Program-made: the position numbers and the translations under genes
Part shown: positions 10,821 through 21,433 of the stretch, one piece after another
Position numbering within the stretch: position 1 is the first letter of the stretch
Layout: every line of letters starts with the position of its first letter
DNA from: Candidatus Bathyarchaeia archaeon
Lineage (GTDB): Archaea > Thermoproteota > Bathyarchaeia > Bathyarchaeales > Bathycorpusculaceae
NCBI GenBank assembly: GCA_049512075.1
Contig: JBEKXL010000006.1
Location: 32,001 to 96,000, forward strand
Length of the DNA stretch: 64,000 nucleotides
Direction of reading: 5' to 3'
Notes under the pieces: model-generated
What the model was told of the DNA's origin: nothing
Database searches by the model: none
Seen by the model: only the letters and a program-made list of their open reading frames with translations

Positions 10821-11338
10821 GCACGGTTTCATACCCGTATTAGGTCCTCTTACTATATTGTTCAGAGTGGGGGACACAAGAGGGACAGAATATTAGTAGC
10901 GCGCATGCTTGTTCCTAAATTGGTGTAAAATGGTTTTTGTTCTTCTTTTGCCTATCTGCGTTTGATTTGGACTGCTTGATAGTGGGTCTTGGCTGTGTTG
11001 AGACGGACAGTGCAAGAAGGTCAAAGACAGATGTGCGCCTCAAAACTGCCTCCAAAGCCCTAAAAAGAATAAATACCATTTTTAACCATTTTAGGAACAC
11101 GCATGCGCGTTAATTTTCGCGCAGACAGGATGGGCAGTATTATTAGGGCAGTCAGTTACGGCCTCATGTGGGGCTATTATGACAGCCGGTATTGCTCCTC
11201 TAGCATACTGGCGGTTTGCCCTGAAGGACTGGCTCTTAAACAACAAGGTAAAGGCGCTTTCAATAGAGGGCGTGCTCAAGATCGCAAAGATTTAATTTAA
11301 GAACAATGAGATAAGACCACGTCCTAAGGAGGGAATTA

Positions 11339-12643
11339 GTGAGAGCGAAAGAAGCACCTGCGTGTTGCCTCCTTCTCCTACTTGTCTTTACATCATCCGC
11401 TGTGCGAGTGAGCGCCAGTTTTCACCCTAAGTTTGTGAGTCTCTTAATAATTCTCGATCAGCCTGGATATTTTGAAGAATTGAAATCGTGGCTAGATGAT
11501 GTTAATTTTCATAATTTCACTTTTGCAGTGTGGACGGAATCTTGGTACGGAACGAACCTCAGTGATTACTGGCTACTAAACTCTACAAGGCTTAATACTC
11601 TAAAAGAGTATGGAATACTAATCCCCGAGACTTTCTGGGTGCAGCAACATGAACCCTCAGAACGCCGCACCATAATAGACAAGTTGATCGATAATTGGAA
11701 GAATATCGTGGGTTACGCTCCGAAGGGGATATTTGATTTTCAGCCAGATACGTACACAGTGAATTACTGTGAGACAAAAGGCATAGAGTATGTAGTTGGA
11801 TATTGCTTTGACCAGTATGCAGTGGACTGGATGACGGAAAGGGGGGGATGGCAATTACCCTATTATGCCTCTCAGGACCATGTCCTGATACCAAACGACC
11901 AGGGTCCGCAGGGAATTGTTGTTCTCCCTCATCAAGTGTGGGATTGGGCTAGCAGTTTTACGGTAACACATAATTTAGACACTCATCCACTGTCCCTCAT
12001 ATCGTTTTTTGAAGGAAATACAAGTCTAGCTGAAGATTATTTCCTTAATCTCATTGACAGGTCTCTTGAAGCTGAACCTTTTGGATTCGCGTCCGTGCAA
12101 TTCGAATGGGTTTTGCATTGCAAGCATAACGTGCAGAACTACGTTAAAGACTGGATTAAGACACTGCTTTCCACAAGAAACTACGATTTCTGGACCTGCG
12201 AAGATTTCAGCAGATGGTTCAAGAGTGAATATGAGACTACTCCCAGCTACTCGCTCAATTTCAAGTCGCCCTACGACGGCCAAGAAATCGAGTGGTACTA
12301 TTGTCAAGGTTTTCGAATAGCGAGGATTGGCGACAAAGTGGTAAGCTACATTGAATACAACAAACAGAAACCTGACAAGTTTCTGGCCACCACGTTTGCC
12401 CCGAACTCCACTTTGTCTCCACACTTGGTGGACAACTGTATTGATGACAGTTTAACTTTCGAGATAGATGGCTTAGGAGGTGGACAGTACCGAAGTCCAA
12501 TACATGACAGCGGAGTTACGTATACCGGTGAGCTACGCGAATTCCCACTTCATTACATACCTGAAATACCCTCTCCGATTCCGTTAATCGCAGTTCTTCT
12601 ATTAATCTGGATCACGTTGTTGTTCCGTCTCTTGAAAGGATAA
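11339..12643 (+). CDS. Secreted glycoside hydrolase/polysaccharide deacetylase-like (NodB/GH57-like barrel) protein with PEF-CTERM-like tail
   Basis: Signal peptide; WKNIVGYAPKG, YVVGYCFDQ and GGWQLPYY segments; C-terminal IPEIPSP + TM + basic residues. Confidence 0.55.
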   Translation: MRAKEAPACCLLLLLVFTSSAVRVSASFHPKFVSLLIILDQPGYFEELKSWLDDVNFHNFTFAVWTESWYGTNLSDYWLLNSTRLNTLKEYGILIPETFWVQQHEPSERRTIIDKLIDNWKNIVGYAPKGIFDFQPDTYTVNYCETKGIEYVVGYCFDQYAVDWMTERGGWQLPYYASQDHVLIPNDQGPQGIVVLPHQVWDWASSFTVTHNLDTHPLSLISFFEGNTSLAEDYFLNLIDRSLEAEPFGFASVQFEWVLHCKHNVQNYVKDWIKTLLSTRNYDFWTCEDFSRWFKSEYETTPSYSLNFKSPYDGQEIEWYYCQGFRIARIGDKVVSYIEYNKQKPDKFLATTFAPNSTLSPHLVDNCIDDSLTFEIDGLGGGQYRSPIHDSGVTYTGELREFPLHYIPEIPSPIPLIAVLLLIWITLLFRLLKG

Positions 12644-12970
12644 ATGAGCACTAAACCTCGCTAGGCTAACGTACTATTTCGCCAACCAACCAAAGATTAC
12701 CAGACACTAGAATTTCCAACAAACCTTACAACCTAGTCAGGTTTATTGCAAAATGGAGCCTCTGCCAAGTGTCCTTGGAAAACCTTATGTTCCACGTAGT
12801 AACATATGCCAAGATTCTTTCGCAGTTTCTGGGAATGCTCAGCATCAGATACCTTATCTGGAAAAGAGCATCATGTCGCGTGCTTAGCGTCAGTGCTTAT
12901 GCGCGAGACAAAAACAACATTGCGCCCAAAAAACCTTGCGCGCACTCCAGTTTCCGTCAGATAGCACGGT

Positions 12971-13711
12971 TTACTCGTTCTTCTTTATGAGTTCCAAAAC
13001 GTTCCAGACTACTTTTCTAGGCTGCGTTCTCGGCGTCTTCAGATGTTTTTTGCATACAACGACTATTTTTTCTGCTAGTCGAGGAAAACATTTCGCTAGC
13101 CATTGCGAAATTCTATCTTCGGATGGATAGATGTACGTTCCTGTAACGCCTGACATTTCAAATCCGAAATTCACCAGAATGTTCTTAATTATTCGAAGAG
13201 TGTAGTCCCTTACGTGAGGAGACTTATAACGAGCGGAATACCTTGGTGGCAGGTCAAATAGGATTTGCATTAGCCAAGAAACGGGCTGGTTCACGTTTGG
13301 GAACGTCAGAATGAAAGTTCCCCCCAATCTCAATATTCTGTGTATTTCTTGCAAGAGATTGTCTGCATCAAGCAAGTGCTCAATAGTTTCAGAGCAGATT
13401 ACCAAATCAAAGAAATCATTCGCGAATGGCAGCCTTTCGCTTTCTAGGTCTATGCGCCAGGTTCTTATTCCTTTTGTTCGTGCTTTCTTCAGCTGGGGTT
13501 CAGAGATGTCCACCCCATAGCACTGTTGAGACTTACAGAATGGTTCGAGTAGGCTTCCATCACCACATCCCACGTCCAAGACTTTGCATCTATTGTCGCT
13601 TAACAATACCTTTGCGATTTCTCTGACTCTTAGATCTTTCAGTTCAACTGTTCTTCGAGGCACGCCTTTGCCGTAGATGTTCTCTTGAAAAGTGGGCGAA
13701 GGCCTCTTCAT
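12971..13711 (-). CDS. Class I SAM-dependent methyltransferase
   Basis: VLDVGCGDG, GVDIS, FDLVICSETIEHL, RILRLGG motifs. Confidence 0.9.
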   Translation of the reverse strand: MKRPSPTFQENIYGKGVPRRTVELKDLRVREIAKVLLSDNRCKVLDVGCGDGSLLEPFCKSQQCYGVDISEPQLKKARTKGIRTWRIDLESERLPFANDFFDLVICSETIEHLLDADNLLQEIHRILRLGGTFILTFPNVNQPVSWLMQILFDLPPRYSARYKSPHVRDYTLRIIKNILVNFGFEMSGVTGTYIYPSEDRISQWLAKCFPRLAEKIVVVCKKHLKTPRTQPRKVVWNVLELIKKNE

Positions 13712-13857
13712 AACTCAACCACGCATTCGTGCATATTGCCACATCGCTGGCATTTAATATATAGCTTGTACTGAATGGTAAAATGGGTTAAATAAGCTTC
13801 GAGAATAAGCAAAAAAGCACGCACGACAAAAGTCAGTAGATCATCGATGCCTAAGAG

Positions 13858-16191
13858 ATGGTAGTTAAAGGTGTTAGATTGGGGAAATTGAAGAAAGCAC
13901 TGTGTTCGAGACGAGCTGAAATAGTGATACTTGTCTTTTTGTTCTTGTTCAGTTTGCGTGTGATTAATTGGTTTGAGTATCCATACGTAATGGTTACCGG
14001 GGATCTTCGTCCACCGCTAGTTCAAGAAGCATTTAACAAGCGTATCATCTATACTTGGGATGAGACGGACTTTGGAATGCCCTCAGTCTATCCGCCCAGA
14101 ATTCTCATTCCGTCCTACTTCTTTGTTACGGTCTTCCAGAATCTTGGCATGGATTTGTTTTCATCACAATTGACAGCAGTTTTCTTGATGTACTTTGTCG
14201 CATGCATACTGATGTATGTCTACGTTAAACAACTCACTGATGGCGACATCATAGCAGCTTTCATCGCAGCACTTTTTCTAACTTCAAACATTTATCTAGT
14301 ATCAGATAGAGAGCAAACAGCGATAGGATTCATCGATACGATATTGATGATTTTGCCCTTCCTCGTCGCTTTCACAGAGGGCATCAAGAAAAAATCGTAT
14401 GCTATGTTAACGCTTTCTGGGGTATTGTTCGTTTTAAGCTATGGGGCATTTCCCAACTATCGCACAACGTTCTTATGTTTTGTTACCGCAATACTCACGC
14501 TTCTTTTCATCTATATGCAAAATGGGTTGAATGTCAATCATGAAAAGAATAGGATTTCAGGGTTCTTGAATATCTCTCTCAATACGGACTTAATGCGCGA
14601 TTATCTGAAGTACTTAATAGTATCCGTCTTGGCCGTTCTTCTCGCCTCAATATGGATTATCGTTATGGTCTCAGCAAATTTCCACTATCTTATCCTAAGT
14701 TATGGCCAAATGGCGTCAACGGTTTCTGTTCTTAAATACATTCAAATCCATGATATATTAAGGCTCATTGGAAAATGGGGGTTCTACTCGGGTGCCTTTG
14801 GGAGTCCCTATGTTCCTTATGCAGATGTCTACTTGCATAATCCTTTGTTGATAGTGTTGTCGTATCTCCCCCCAATCCTAGCGTTTGCAAGCGTGCTTGC
14901 CCCCAAATCACGTAGACTAACTGTCTATTTCAGTGCAATAGCGTTTCTCTCTTTGATTCTGGTAAGCGCCGCCATACCTGAGCTGTATTCTGCATTTGTG
15001 TCTTACTTCCCTTTGATGATAGCGTTCAGAGAGTCTGCTCAATGGCTGTTTTTCACTATACTCTCTTATAGCATTTTGATTGGCGTTGTCTCCTCCCTCT
15101 TGTATCACAGATTTAGAAAAAAGGTATTCCAGATAATCACACTGAGTTTAGTAGTAATACTTCTGTTTTCTTCGTCGTATCCTTTGGCAACAGGCGATGT
15201 GACAAGAAATTGGCTAGACCCCAATATTAAAGGTTCATTTTTCCCAAATTCCTATGCTGAACTCAATGATGCACTTTCTAACAAATACTGGACACTTTTG
15301 CTCCCCCAACGGGCTACCTATGTCGTCTACAACTTCACCGAGGGCCCGCTTGCTTGTGGAAATCCTTACCCACTTATTTTTTCAAAACCCATAGTAACCG
15401 GAACCGGAACGGAATACGTGTCACCTTCGAACTTGGATCTGATAGGTGAAATTTATGGATTGATACAAACAAATATCGAAGGTTCTGATGGGGTTCCCAA
15501 ATTCTTAGGCATGGTTGGAATCGAGCATCTTGTACTGGAGAAGGATATGATATTTGGCAACGCAAGTTCAGTGAATGAAGTTGAGCTGACGCAGAACGAG
15601 CGACTCATCTTGGCAAAAGAATGGGATGAGATTGCACTGATTAATAACACACATGCATTGGAGAGATTCTACGTAGCCGACAACATCCTGAACTACTCGA
15701 CTCTCGATGAGATGTATCAAGTCACAAAAAACACCGAGTGGACGACATTGCAACGTTCAGTGTTCTTCAATTCAACTTCTGCCTACTACTTGGCAGACAA
15801 AGCGTTAACACTGCCGGAAAATTTTGTCTGGGAAGAACCATCTCCAACGAACTATGAAGTACATGTTAAATCGGCCGGTGCCTTTCTTCTGGCATTTCTA
15901 GAAAGCTATGATGAACACTGGAAGGTATTCGTGAACGGGAATCCCGTGTCTGAAAAAAACCATCAAGAAGTGAACGCTTTTGCCAACTGCTGGCTAATAG
16001 ATCAGACAGGAGACCTTGCAATATCGATCCAATATGAAACACAAAACCTTTTTTTGGTATCCGTAGTTGCTTCTCTAGTTCTTCCTGCACTGTTATTAGC
16101 ATTCTTGAGCAGAAAAGAGCTAAAGAGAATCCGTTGCCTGCTCTGTCACAAACTCAGATCAATTAAAGTGAATTCGAAACAGAAAATGTGA
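13858..16191 (+). CDS. Polytopic membrane glycosyltransferase, GT-C-like (AftD/YfhO-like)
   Basis: About 12 TM helices, N-terminal GDLRPP...YTWD loop, C-terminal FLESYDEHWK...VNAFANCW domain, last TM helix. Confidence 0.65.
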   Translation: MVVKGVRLGKLKKALCSRRAEIVILVFLFLFSLRVINWFEYPYVMVTGDLRPPLVQEAFNKRIIYTWDETDFGMPSVYPPRILIPSYFFVTVFQNLGMDLFSSQLTAVFLMYFVACILMYVYVKQLTDGDIIAAFIAALFLTSNIYLVSDREQTAIGFIDTILMILPFLVAFTEGIKKKSYAMLTLSGVLFVLSYGAFPNYRTTFLCFVTAILTLLFIYMQNGLNVNHEKNRISGFLNISLNTDLMRDYLKYLIVSVLAVLLASIWIIVMVSANFHYLILSYGQMASTVSVLKYIQIHDILRLIGKWGFYSGAFGSPYVPYADVYLHNPLLIVLSYLPPILAFASVLAPKSRRLTVYFSAIAFLSLILVSAAIPELYSAFVSYFPLMIAFRESAQWLFFTILSYSILIGVVSSLLYHRFRKKVFQIITLSLVVILLFSSSYPLATGDVTRNWLDPNIKGSFFPNSYAELNDALSNKYWTLLLPQRATYVVYNFTEGPLACGNPYPLIFSKPIVTGTGTEYVSPSNLDLIGEIYGLIQTNIEGSDGVPKFLGMVGIEHLVLEKDMIFGNASSVNEVELTQNERLILAKEWDEIALINNTHALERFYVADNILNYSTLDEMYQVTKNTEWTTLQRSVFFNSTSAYYLADKALTLPENFVWEEPSPTNYEVHVKSAGAFLLAFLESYDEHWKVFVNGNPVSEKNHQEVNAFANCWLIDQTGDLAISIQYETQNLFLVSVVASLVLPALLLAFLSRKELKRIRCLLCHKLRSIKVNSKQKM

Positions 16192-16217
16192 AAGGTTTCC
16201 AAGCACAGCTTTCGTGG

Positions 16218-17057
16218 TTACAACTCCAGTTTGGAATAAATCAGACCCGAAGTTGTCGCAAAATATTCTAGATTTTTCAAGAGAGTTACACCGAATGCTA
16301 GCTTCGGCCTACTTAAAAAGTTTCTCCAGTTTTTCAAGAAAAGTGAAGACCTGAACCATACACTTGTTTGCACGGCTGAATAATCATTGTACTTTTGCCT
16401 GTACAAATGACTGGTCTTGCCATAGTAGAACTTCTTCCTAAGCCACGTCGCAAGCAGGAAATCTTCTTCATGATGAAGTATCGCCGATTTAATGCGTGGA
16501 AATGTACCCTGCTTTTTTCTTTGAATCTTATAAGGTAAAGTGGATTCCTCAAAGAAAATCAGTCCTTCTTCGAACCCTCCAACTTCTTTGGCAAGCCTTG
16601 CCGGAAAGAACCTTGCAGATTCAACGATAGATCCACAGTAAAAGCTTCTCTCAAAGTCCCGGACCTTCACCCAAAAGCTGTTCCCGACAGAGCGTTCAGG
16701 TATTACGATTCCTACCGCGTGCGGATCCTCCATAACAAGCTCAACGCACTCACTTATCACGTTGCGCGTAAGTTCCATATCCGAGTCAGCAAAGAGCAAG
16801 TATTGTCCTGACGAATGTTTTATTCCTTCGTTCTTTGCCTCGGCTCTCCCTCTTCTGGGGTTTTTTATCACATTGCATTTGTATTTCTTGGCAGTTTGAA
16901 GAGTGTTGTCCGTGGAGCCATCATCGGTAATGATGACTTCTACGTTTTTCCATGTTTGGTTTTTTAATGATTCAAGGCATTTTACCAGAAATCTGTCAGA
17001 GTTATAGGTTGGAATTATAACAGAAACGAGTGGTTGTTCTGTGCCGTTTTTCTGCAT
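16218..17057 (-). CDS. Glycosyltransferase family 2
   Basis: VSVIIPTYN, DDGSTD, FADSD. Confidence 0.9.
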   Translation of the reverse strand: MQKNGTEQPLVSVIIPTYNSDRFLVKCLESLKNQTWKNVEVIITDDGSTDNTLQTAKKYKCNVIKNPRRGRAEAKNEGIKHSSGQYLLFADSDMELTRNVISECVELVMEDPHAVGIVIPERSVGNSFWVKVRDFERSFYCGSIVESARFFPARLAKEVGGFEEGLIFFEESTLPYKIQRKKQGTFPRIKSAILHHEEDFLLATWLRKKFYYGKTSHLYRQKYNDYSAVQTSVWFRSSLFLKNWRNFLSRPKLAFGVTLLKNLEYFATTSGLIYSKLEL

Positions 17058-17068
17058 TCGAATTCACG

Positions 17069-18160
17069 TCAAGCGGCTTTAATGACATTCAGGAACTCGT
17101 CAGCTACTTTATCCCAACTGAAACTCCTAGAATATGCCAAGGCATTTTCCGAAAGCTTGACCCTCAAAGCCTTACTCGTCAAAACCTGAGAGATCGCTTC
17201 TTCCAAAGCCTCTATGTCGCCTGATTTAACCAGAAGCCCCGTTTCGTTATTAATAACTGCGTCTCTGAGGCCAGCAACATCATAAGCAACGCATGGTACG
17301 CCCAAAGCGTTGGCCTCAATCACGTTCAAACCGAAGCCTTCCCTGACACTTGGATTAACCAAGACCCAAGCCTTCTTGATAAGCTCCCTCCTTTCTTCAT
17401 TCGGGACAGACCCAAAAAACCTAACGCCTTCAACGGAAGTTCTCATCAACTTTTCGCTGAAGCTACCATCTCCAATCATCCAAAGCTCTGCTTCAGGAAT
17501 CTTGTTCTTAACAATCTTAAACGCCTTGATTGCATGATCAGGCCGTTTTGCTCTCTTCAGGCGGCCTGCAAAAACCACGACAGGATGAGCATCTTTCTCA
17601 TCCACTTTTTCCAATGGCTTGAAATTTAAGCCCTCGCCGACTACAAAAACTCTGCTGAACCCTAAGTCAACCAAATCTTTCCTGCTGCTCTCCGAGACAG
17701 TCACCGTCGGAATCGTCCTATAATTCTTCAACCATCTCTCCTCGAGAAAATAATAGCCCAAGTAGCCTATTGGAAACGGAGTCTCATAAAACCAATATTC
17801 TCTAGCTAGTTGGTGTATCAAAGCTGTGATTCTCTCTCCTTTCTTAACGAATTTTGGGGTCATGAAAGGCTCTGTGTTGATTTCGTCGATAACGACGTCA
17901 TATTGCTCTTTTGAAAAGAACCTGTTGTAATATTCTCTTGCTTTCCAATAGACAGAATATCTTCCACCATTCCGGATGATGTCAACTCCGTCATCAGCTT
18001 CATTTCCCTTGCTACCTCTAAACTTGGCAGTAAACAAAGTGACTTTGTGCCCAGCCGCAGCCCACCTCTTGAGGACCTCACGGGTGAAAACCTCTGCTCC
18101 GCCCATCTCAGGGTTCATCCAGCATCGCCAATTGAAAACTAAAATTTTGAGTCTCTGCAT
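17069..18160 (-). CDS. Glycosyltransferase family 4
   Basis: GGAE, FAGRL, EGFGLNVIEANALGVP, NETGLLV. Confidence 0.92.
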   Translation of the reverse strand: MQRLKILVFNWRCWMNPEMGGAEVFTREVLKRWAAAGHKVTLFTAKFRGSKGNEADDGVDIIRNGGRYSVYWKAREYYNRFFSKEQYDVVIDEINTEPFMTPKFVKKGERITALIHQLAREYWFYETPFPIGYLGYYFLEERWLKNYRTIPTVTVSESSRKDLVDLGFSRVFVVGEGLNFKPLEKVDEKDAHPVVVFAGRLKRAKRPDHAIKAFKIVKNKIPEAELWMIGDGSFSEKLMRTSVEGVRFFGSVPNEERRELIKKAWVLVNPSVREGFGLNVIEANALGVPCVAYDVAGLRDAVINNETGLLVKSGDIEALEEAISQVLTSKALRVKLSENALAYSRSFSWDKVADEFLNVIKAA

Positions 18161-18193
18161 CCATTCTCAGACCGCAATATACGCTGAACTGAA

Positions 18194-18922
18194 CTAGCTG
18201 CGCTGGTAATATTTCTTAACCCTTAGTCTGTATGCGACTTCAACCATGTCTCTACTCATTCTGAGGATTTCCTTAAAGCCTACCATGCTTTCAACATGAA
18301 CATTAACGGGCAACTCGACGATCTTGAAACCAGCGTGATTGCACGCGGACATCATTTCCAAGTCAAAGGCATAACGTTCCACCAGAAACTTGGGTGCCAT
18401 TCTTTCAAACACTGTCCGCCTGAACGCTTTCAATCCAGTCTGAGTGTCTCTCAGTTTTATTCCTGTGAGCAATCTGGAAAGTGCGTTGAATCCGAAACTC
18501 AGAACTTTCCGTTTGGACGTCATCACCGTGCGTGACTTGGGGTTCCACTTTGAGGCAACAGCAATGTCATTCGTCTTTAAGGCTTCAACGTAGTTGGGAA
18601 TCAACTGAGGGTCAACGTCCAAGTCACTGTCTATCGCCACGACGAATTTGCCTTGTGTGTGTGCAAAACCCGTCCTTATGGCGGCGCCCTTGCCGGCATT
18701 CTTCTTGTAGCCGACGACTTTCAGATGAACATTGTTGTTCTCACGTCTGCACTTGAGAGCTCTCTCCCTGGTGTCGTCTAAACTGCCGTCGTCAACGACT
18801 ACGATTTCATAGTTCCAACCGGTTTTCATCATCACACTATCAACTTTGCCAATGGAGTCCTCTATGACGTCCCCTTCATTATACGCACACAAAATTACAG
18901 ATACATCAATAACATCTTCCAT
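18194..18922 (-). CDS. GT2 polyprenyl/dolichyl-phosphate glycosyltransferase (Dpm1/Alg5-like)
   Basis: CAYNE, VDDGSLD, NAGKGAA, IDSDL, DTQTGLKAF, YAFDLE; start moved to ATG 18922. Confidence 0.88.
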   Translation of the reverse strand: MEDVIDVSVILCAYNEGDVIEDSIGKVDSVMMKTGWNYEIVVVDDGSLDDTRERALKCRRENNNVHLKVVGYKKNAGKGAAIRTGFAHTQGKFVVAIDSDLDVDPQLIPNYVEALKTNDIAVASKWNPKSRTVMTSKRKVLSFGFNALSRLLTGIKLRDTQTGLKAFRRTVFERMAPKFLVERYAFDLEMMSACNHAGFKIVELPVNVHVESMVGFKEILRMSRDMVEVAYRLRVKKYYQRS

Positions 18923-18923
18923 T

Positions 18924-19151
18924 TTACACTCGCTCTCCCAGAGCCTTAGCTCTGATGAAACCCACTGTCTGCAAGACAATGCCGACAGCTAGAAAAGAAT
19001 ACGCAACAATGGCCACGGAGTCAATGATTGGATTGTCTGGGTTTCCTTGAATTAGCAGATAAGCACACGTGAGAACAAGCGCGGCAAAGAGGACTATGAA
19101 CACTGCTCCGGGGTTTACAGCAAGGAACGTTTTGATCTTGGCTAATCTCAT
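18924..19151 (-). CDS. Small two-TM membrane protein
   Basis: Two hydrophobic helices; abuts the GT2 start. Confidence 0.6.
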   Translation of the reverse strand: MRLAKIKTFLAVNPGAVFIVLFAALVLTCAYLLIQGNPDNPIIDSVAIVAYSFLAVGIVLQTVGFIRAKALGERV

Positions 19152-19443
19152 GTGCTCTTTTGCCTCTTATGAACAACGGTCAATCATTTGACCAACAGAT
19201 TTGGTATCCACATAATATAAAACTTACTTAATGTCTATCGCCATTTTGAGCAGTAAGCCGCAATAGATGAATCGAACAACACTCATAAAGCACTTCTGAC
19301 GTAAGCTATGCACGCAAAATCTGGCCTTGACGTGCGTTCCTTAAACTGTCTGCACAGTCTCGGGTCACAATGAGTGTGAGCGTGTGGTTCCAATAAACTT
19401 TTGTATCACTGATGACTCTAGTGCAGCAAAAAGGACAATCATC

Positions 19444-20511
19444 ATGAGCGCATTGCCCAACGAAAACGTTGAAGTCTCTTCCACGCAGGTTAGTTTTGAG
19501 CAAGTAACCGGCGTGGTCTCGTCTGAGTTTCGGGTCCAAGAAGCTCTGATGGACAATGGCATTCCCACATATTTTCTCGCTCAGCCACAAGAAACAAAAC
19601 AGGCTTTCCTCAGGCTCCTGAGGAAATTGCAACCGATGAATCTGATTGCTCTTCTCCGAAGAATCGATGGAAGAGTGGTTCTGAGAGTTGTCTCACGGCC
19701 AGCTGTCAAACAAAGCAACATCCTGATAAACTGGGCGTTGCTCTTCGCAACCGTAGCGACGACTTTCGTCACAGGCTACCTTCTTTCCTCTGACGTCATC
19801 AACCCTTACGTTGGCGGAGTAGCCTTCACAGCAGCCATGCTGGCAGTGCTTGGGACTCATGAAATGGGCCATAAGATAACTGCTAACAAGAAGGGCATTG
19901 ATGCTACGCCGCCATATTTCATTCCTGGCCCACCCCCATTTGGAACTTTCGGCGCAGTAATCATGCAGAAGTCACTTCCTCCAAACAAAGATGCACTTTT
20001 CGACGTTGGAGCGGACGGCCCTATCGCAGGTTTCTTAGTAGCAATTATCGTCAGCATTTTTGGATTAATGTTGAGCACTCCTTCCCCTCCTTCGGCAAAT
20101 ACGATAGGCGTGCCGGTAGTATGGAATATTCTTGAAGGACTCATGCGAAGTTTGAGCATTTTTCCCAAGGGCCCTGTAGGTTGGGATCTGCTTCTGCACC
20201 CTGTGGCGTTTGCTGGCTGGGTGGGAATGCTCGTCACAACGCTTAACCTGCTGCCTGCAGCCATGCTGGACGGCGGTCACGTGGCACGATCTGTGTTTGG
20301 TGAAAGACTCGGCCTGAGACTTGTCCTTGCCGCCCTGTCAATCGTGTACTTGGCAGTTGAGGGGTTGATTCCGATGGCCTTTTTGGTGCTCCTTATGTTG
20401 TTCTTCAGGCATCCGGGGCCGCTGGATGACGTTTCTGGCCTGTCTGCGGGTAGAAAATTGGTGGCGCTTGGTCTGGTGGGCATATTCATTTTGTGCTTCG
20501 TGCCGCTTTAG
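19444..20511 (+). CDS. Site-2 protease (peptidase M50)
   Basis: HEMGH zinc motif, GPIAG, NLLPAAMLDGGH; start moved to ATG 19444. Confidence 0.93.
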   Translation: MSALPNENVEVSSTQVSFEQVTGVVSSEFRVQEALMDNGIPTYFLAQPQETKQAFLRLLRKLQPMNLIALLRRIDGRVVLRVVSRPAVKQSNILINWALLFATVATTFVTGYLLSSDVINPYVGGVAFTAAMLAVLGTHEMGHKITANKKGIDATPPYFIPGPPPFGTFGAVIMQKSLPPNKDALFDVGADGPIAGFLVAIIVSIFGLMLSTPSPPSANTIGVPVVWNILEGLMRSLSIFPKGPVGWDLLLHPVAFAGWVGMLVTTLNLLPAAMLDGGHVARSVFGERLGLRLVLAALSIVYLAVEGLIPMAFLVLLMLFFRHPGPLDDVSGLSAGRKLVALGLVGIFILCFVPL

Positions 20512-20641
20512 CCGATTTTTTAGGTATTTGTAATCTGTATTTTTGTTGCACATGCAGACAAAAACGTTTATTAAATCTTACGAGACCCTTGTATTCAGTC
20601 CGTCAAAAACAAACGTTCAAAACCTTTGAGGTATATCGACA

Positions 20642-20866
20642 ATGAGAGGGACGCCGATTCTGATTATTTTCTTCTTGATGTTTACTACTGCGTCTTTGTT
20701 GGCTCCCTTTCCCATGTTTCCGGGAAACTTTCTATGTTTCAAGATAGGACCAGCTATAAGCGAATACACTCTGTATTTGAGTGCCGCTTTCAACGGTCTT
20801 TTCTACGGTGCTCTAGTATGGGCGGTCTTTGCTGGAATAAGTAGGAAACTTGAACAAGAGGGTTAG
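20642..20866 (+). CDS. Small two-TM membrane protein
   Basis: GAGGT RBS, two hydrophobic segments, PFPMFPG loop. Confidence 0.6.
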   Translation: MRGTPILIIFFLMFTTASLLAPFPMFPGNFLCFKIGPAISEYTLYLSAAFNGLFYGALVWAVFAGISRKLEQEG

Positions 20867-20882
20867 ACGGAAGCTATCGAGG

Positions 20883-21167
20883 TCAAGCTGGTGGTTGTGA
20901 CATGAAGCCCACAAGCTTAATAGTGGTTCTGCATTTCTTGCAGGTCAGCACCAGCTCTTCCAGATCGTCGCCCTTGACTCTGGTCTCAACGATCTCGTAT
21001 GTCGTATCAGTTCCGTCGTCTGGAGATATTACAGACCCACATTTCGGGCATGGAAAAGCTCCGTCTCCATCAATCTTCGTCAAGTCAATCGTGTAAACCA
21101 TGTTTTTATTAACAGCGGCTTTCTTCATCATATCGTCAAGCACACCTTTTTTGATTCTTGTGTCCAT
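20883..21167 (-). CDS. Small zinc-ribbon protein (CPxCG)
   Basis: CPKCG...CKKC with an acidic linker. Confidence 0.75.
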   Translation of the reverse strand: MDTRIKKGVLDDMMKKAAVNKNMVYTIDLTKIDGDGAFPCPKCGSVISPDDGTDTTYEIVETRVKGDDLEELVLTCKKCRTTIKLVGFMSQPPA

Positions 21168-21433
21168 GGTTGCTCTTGAGTATATTAACGATTATGAACC
21201 ACTAATCTGTATTAGAACTACATATTGCCTATAAATAGACTCTCATTTCTGCGTCCTTCAAGCAGGCACTCTGCTACTTGATGTACTATAACAAATAGAT
21301 TGCTAACGTGCCTAGGCCTGCGAGAATTGCTCGATGTTGAGGGAGGCAAATGGCAAGTAAGCATAAGAAGATTCAGCAAAAGTTATGAGCCGCGATGGGC
21401 GAACTAGAATAGAACTGTTGAGCGTGTGTTGGC

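Noticed and set aside
10915-11300. Short ORFs in the gap before the deacetylase-like gene
   Set aside because: No recognisable motifs or RBS, mutually overlapping; probably spurious or decayed sequence.
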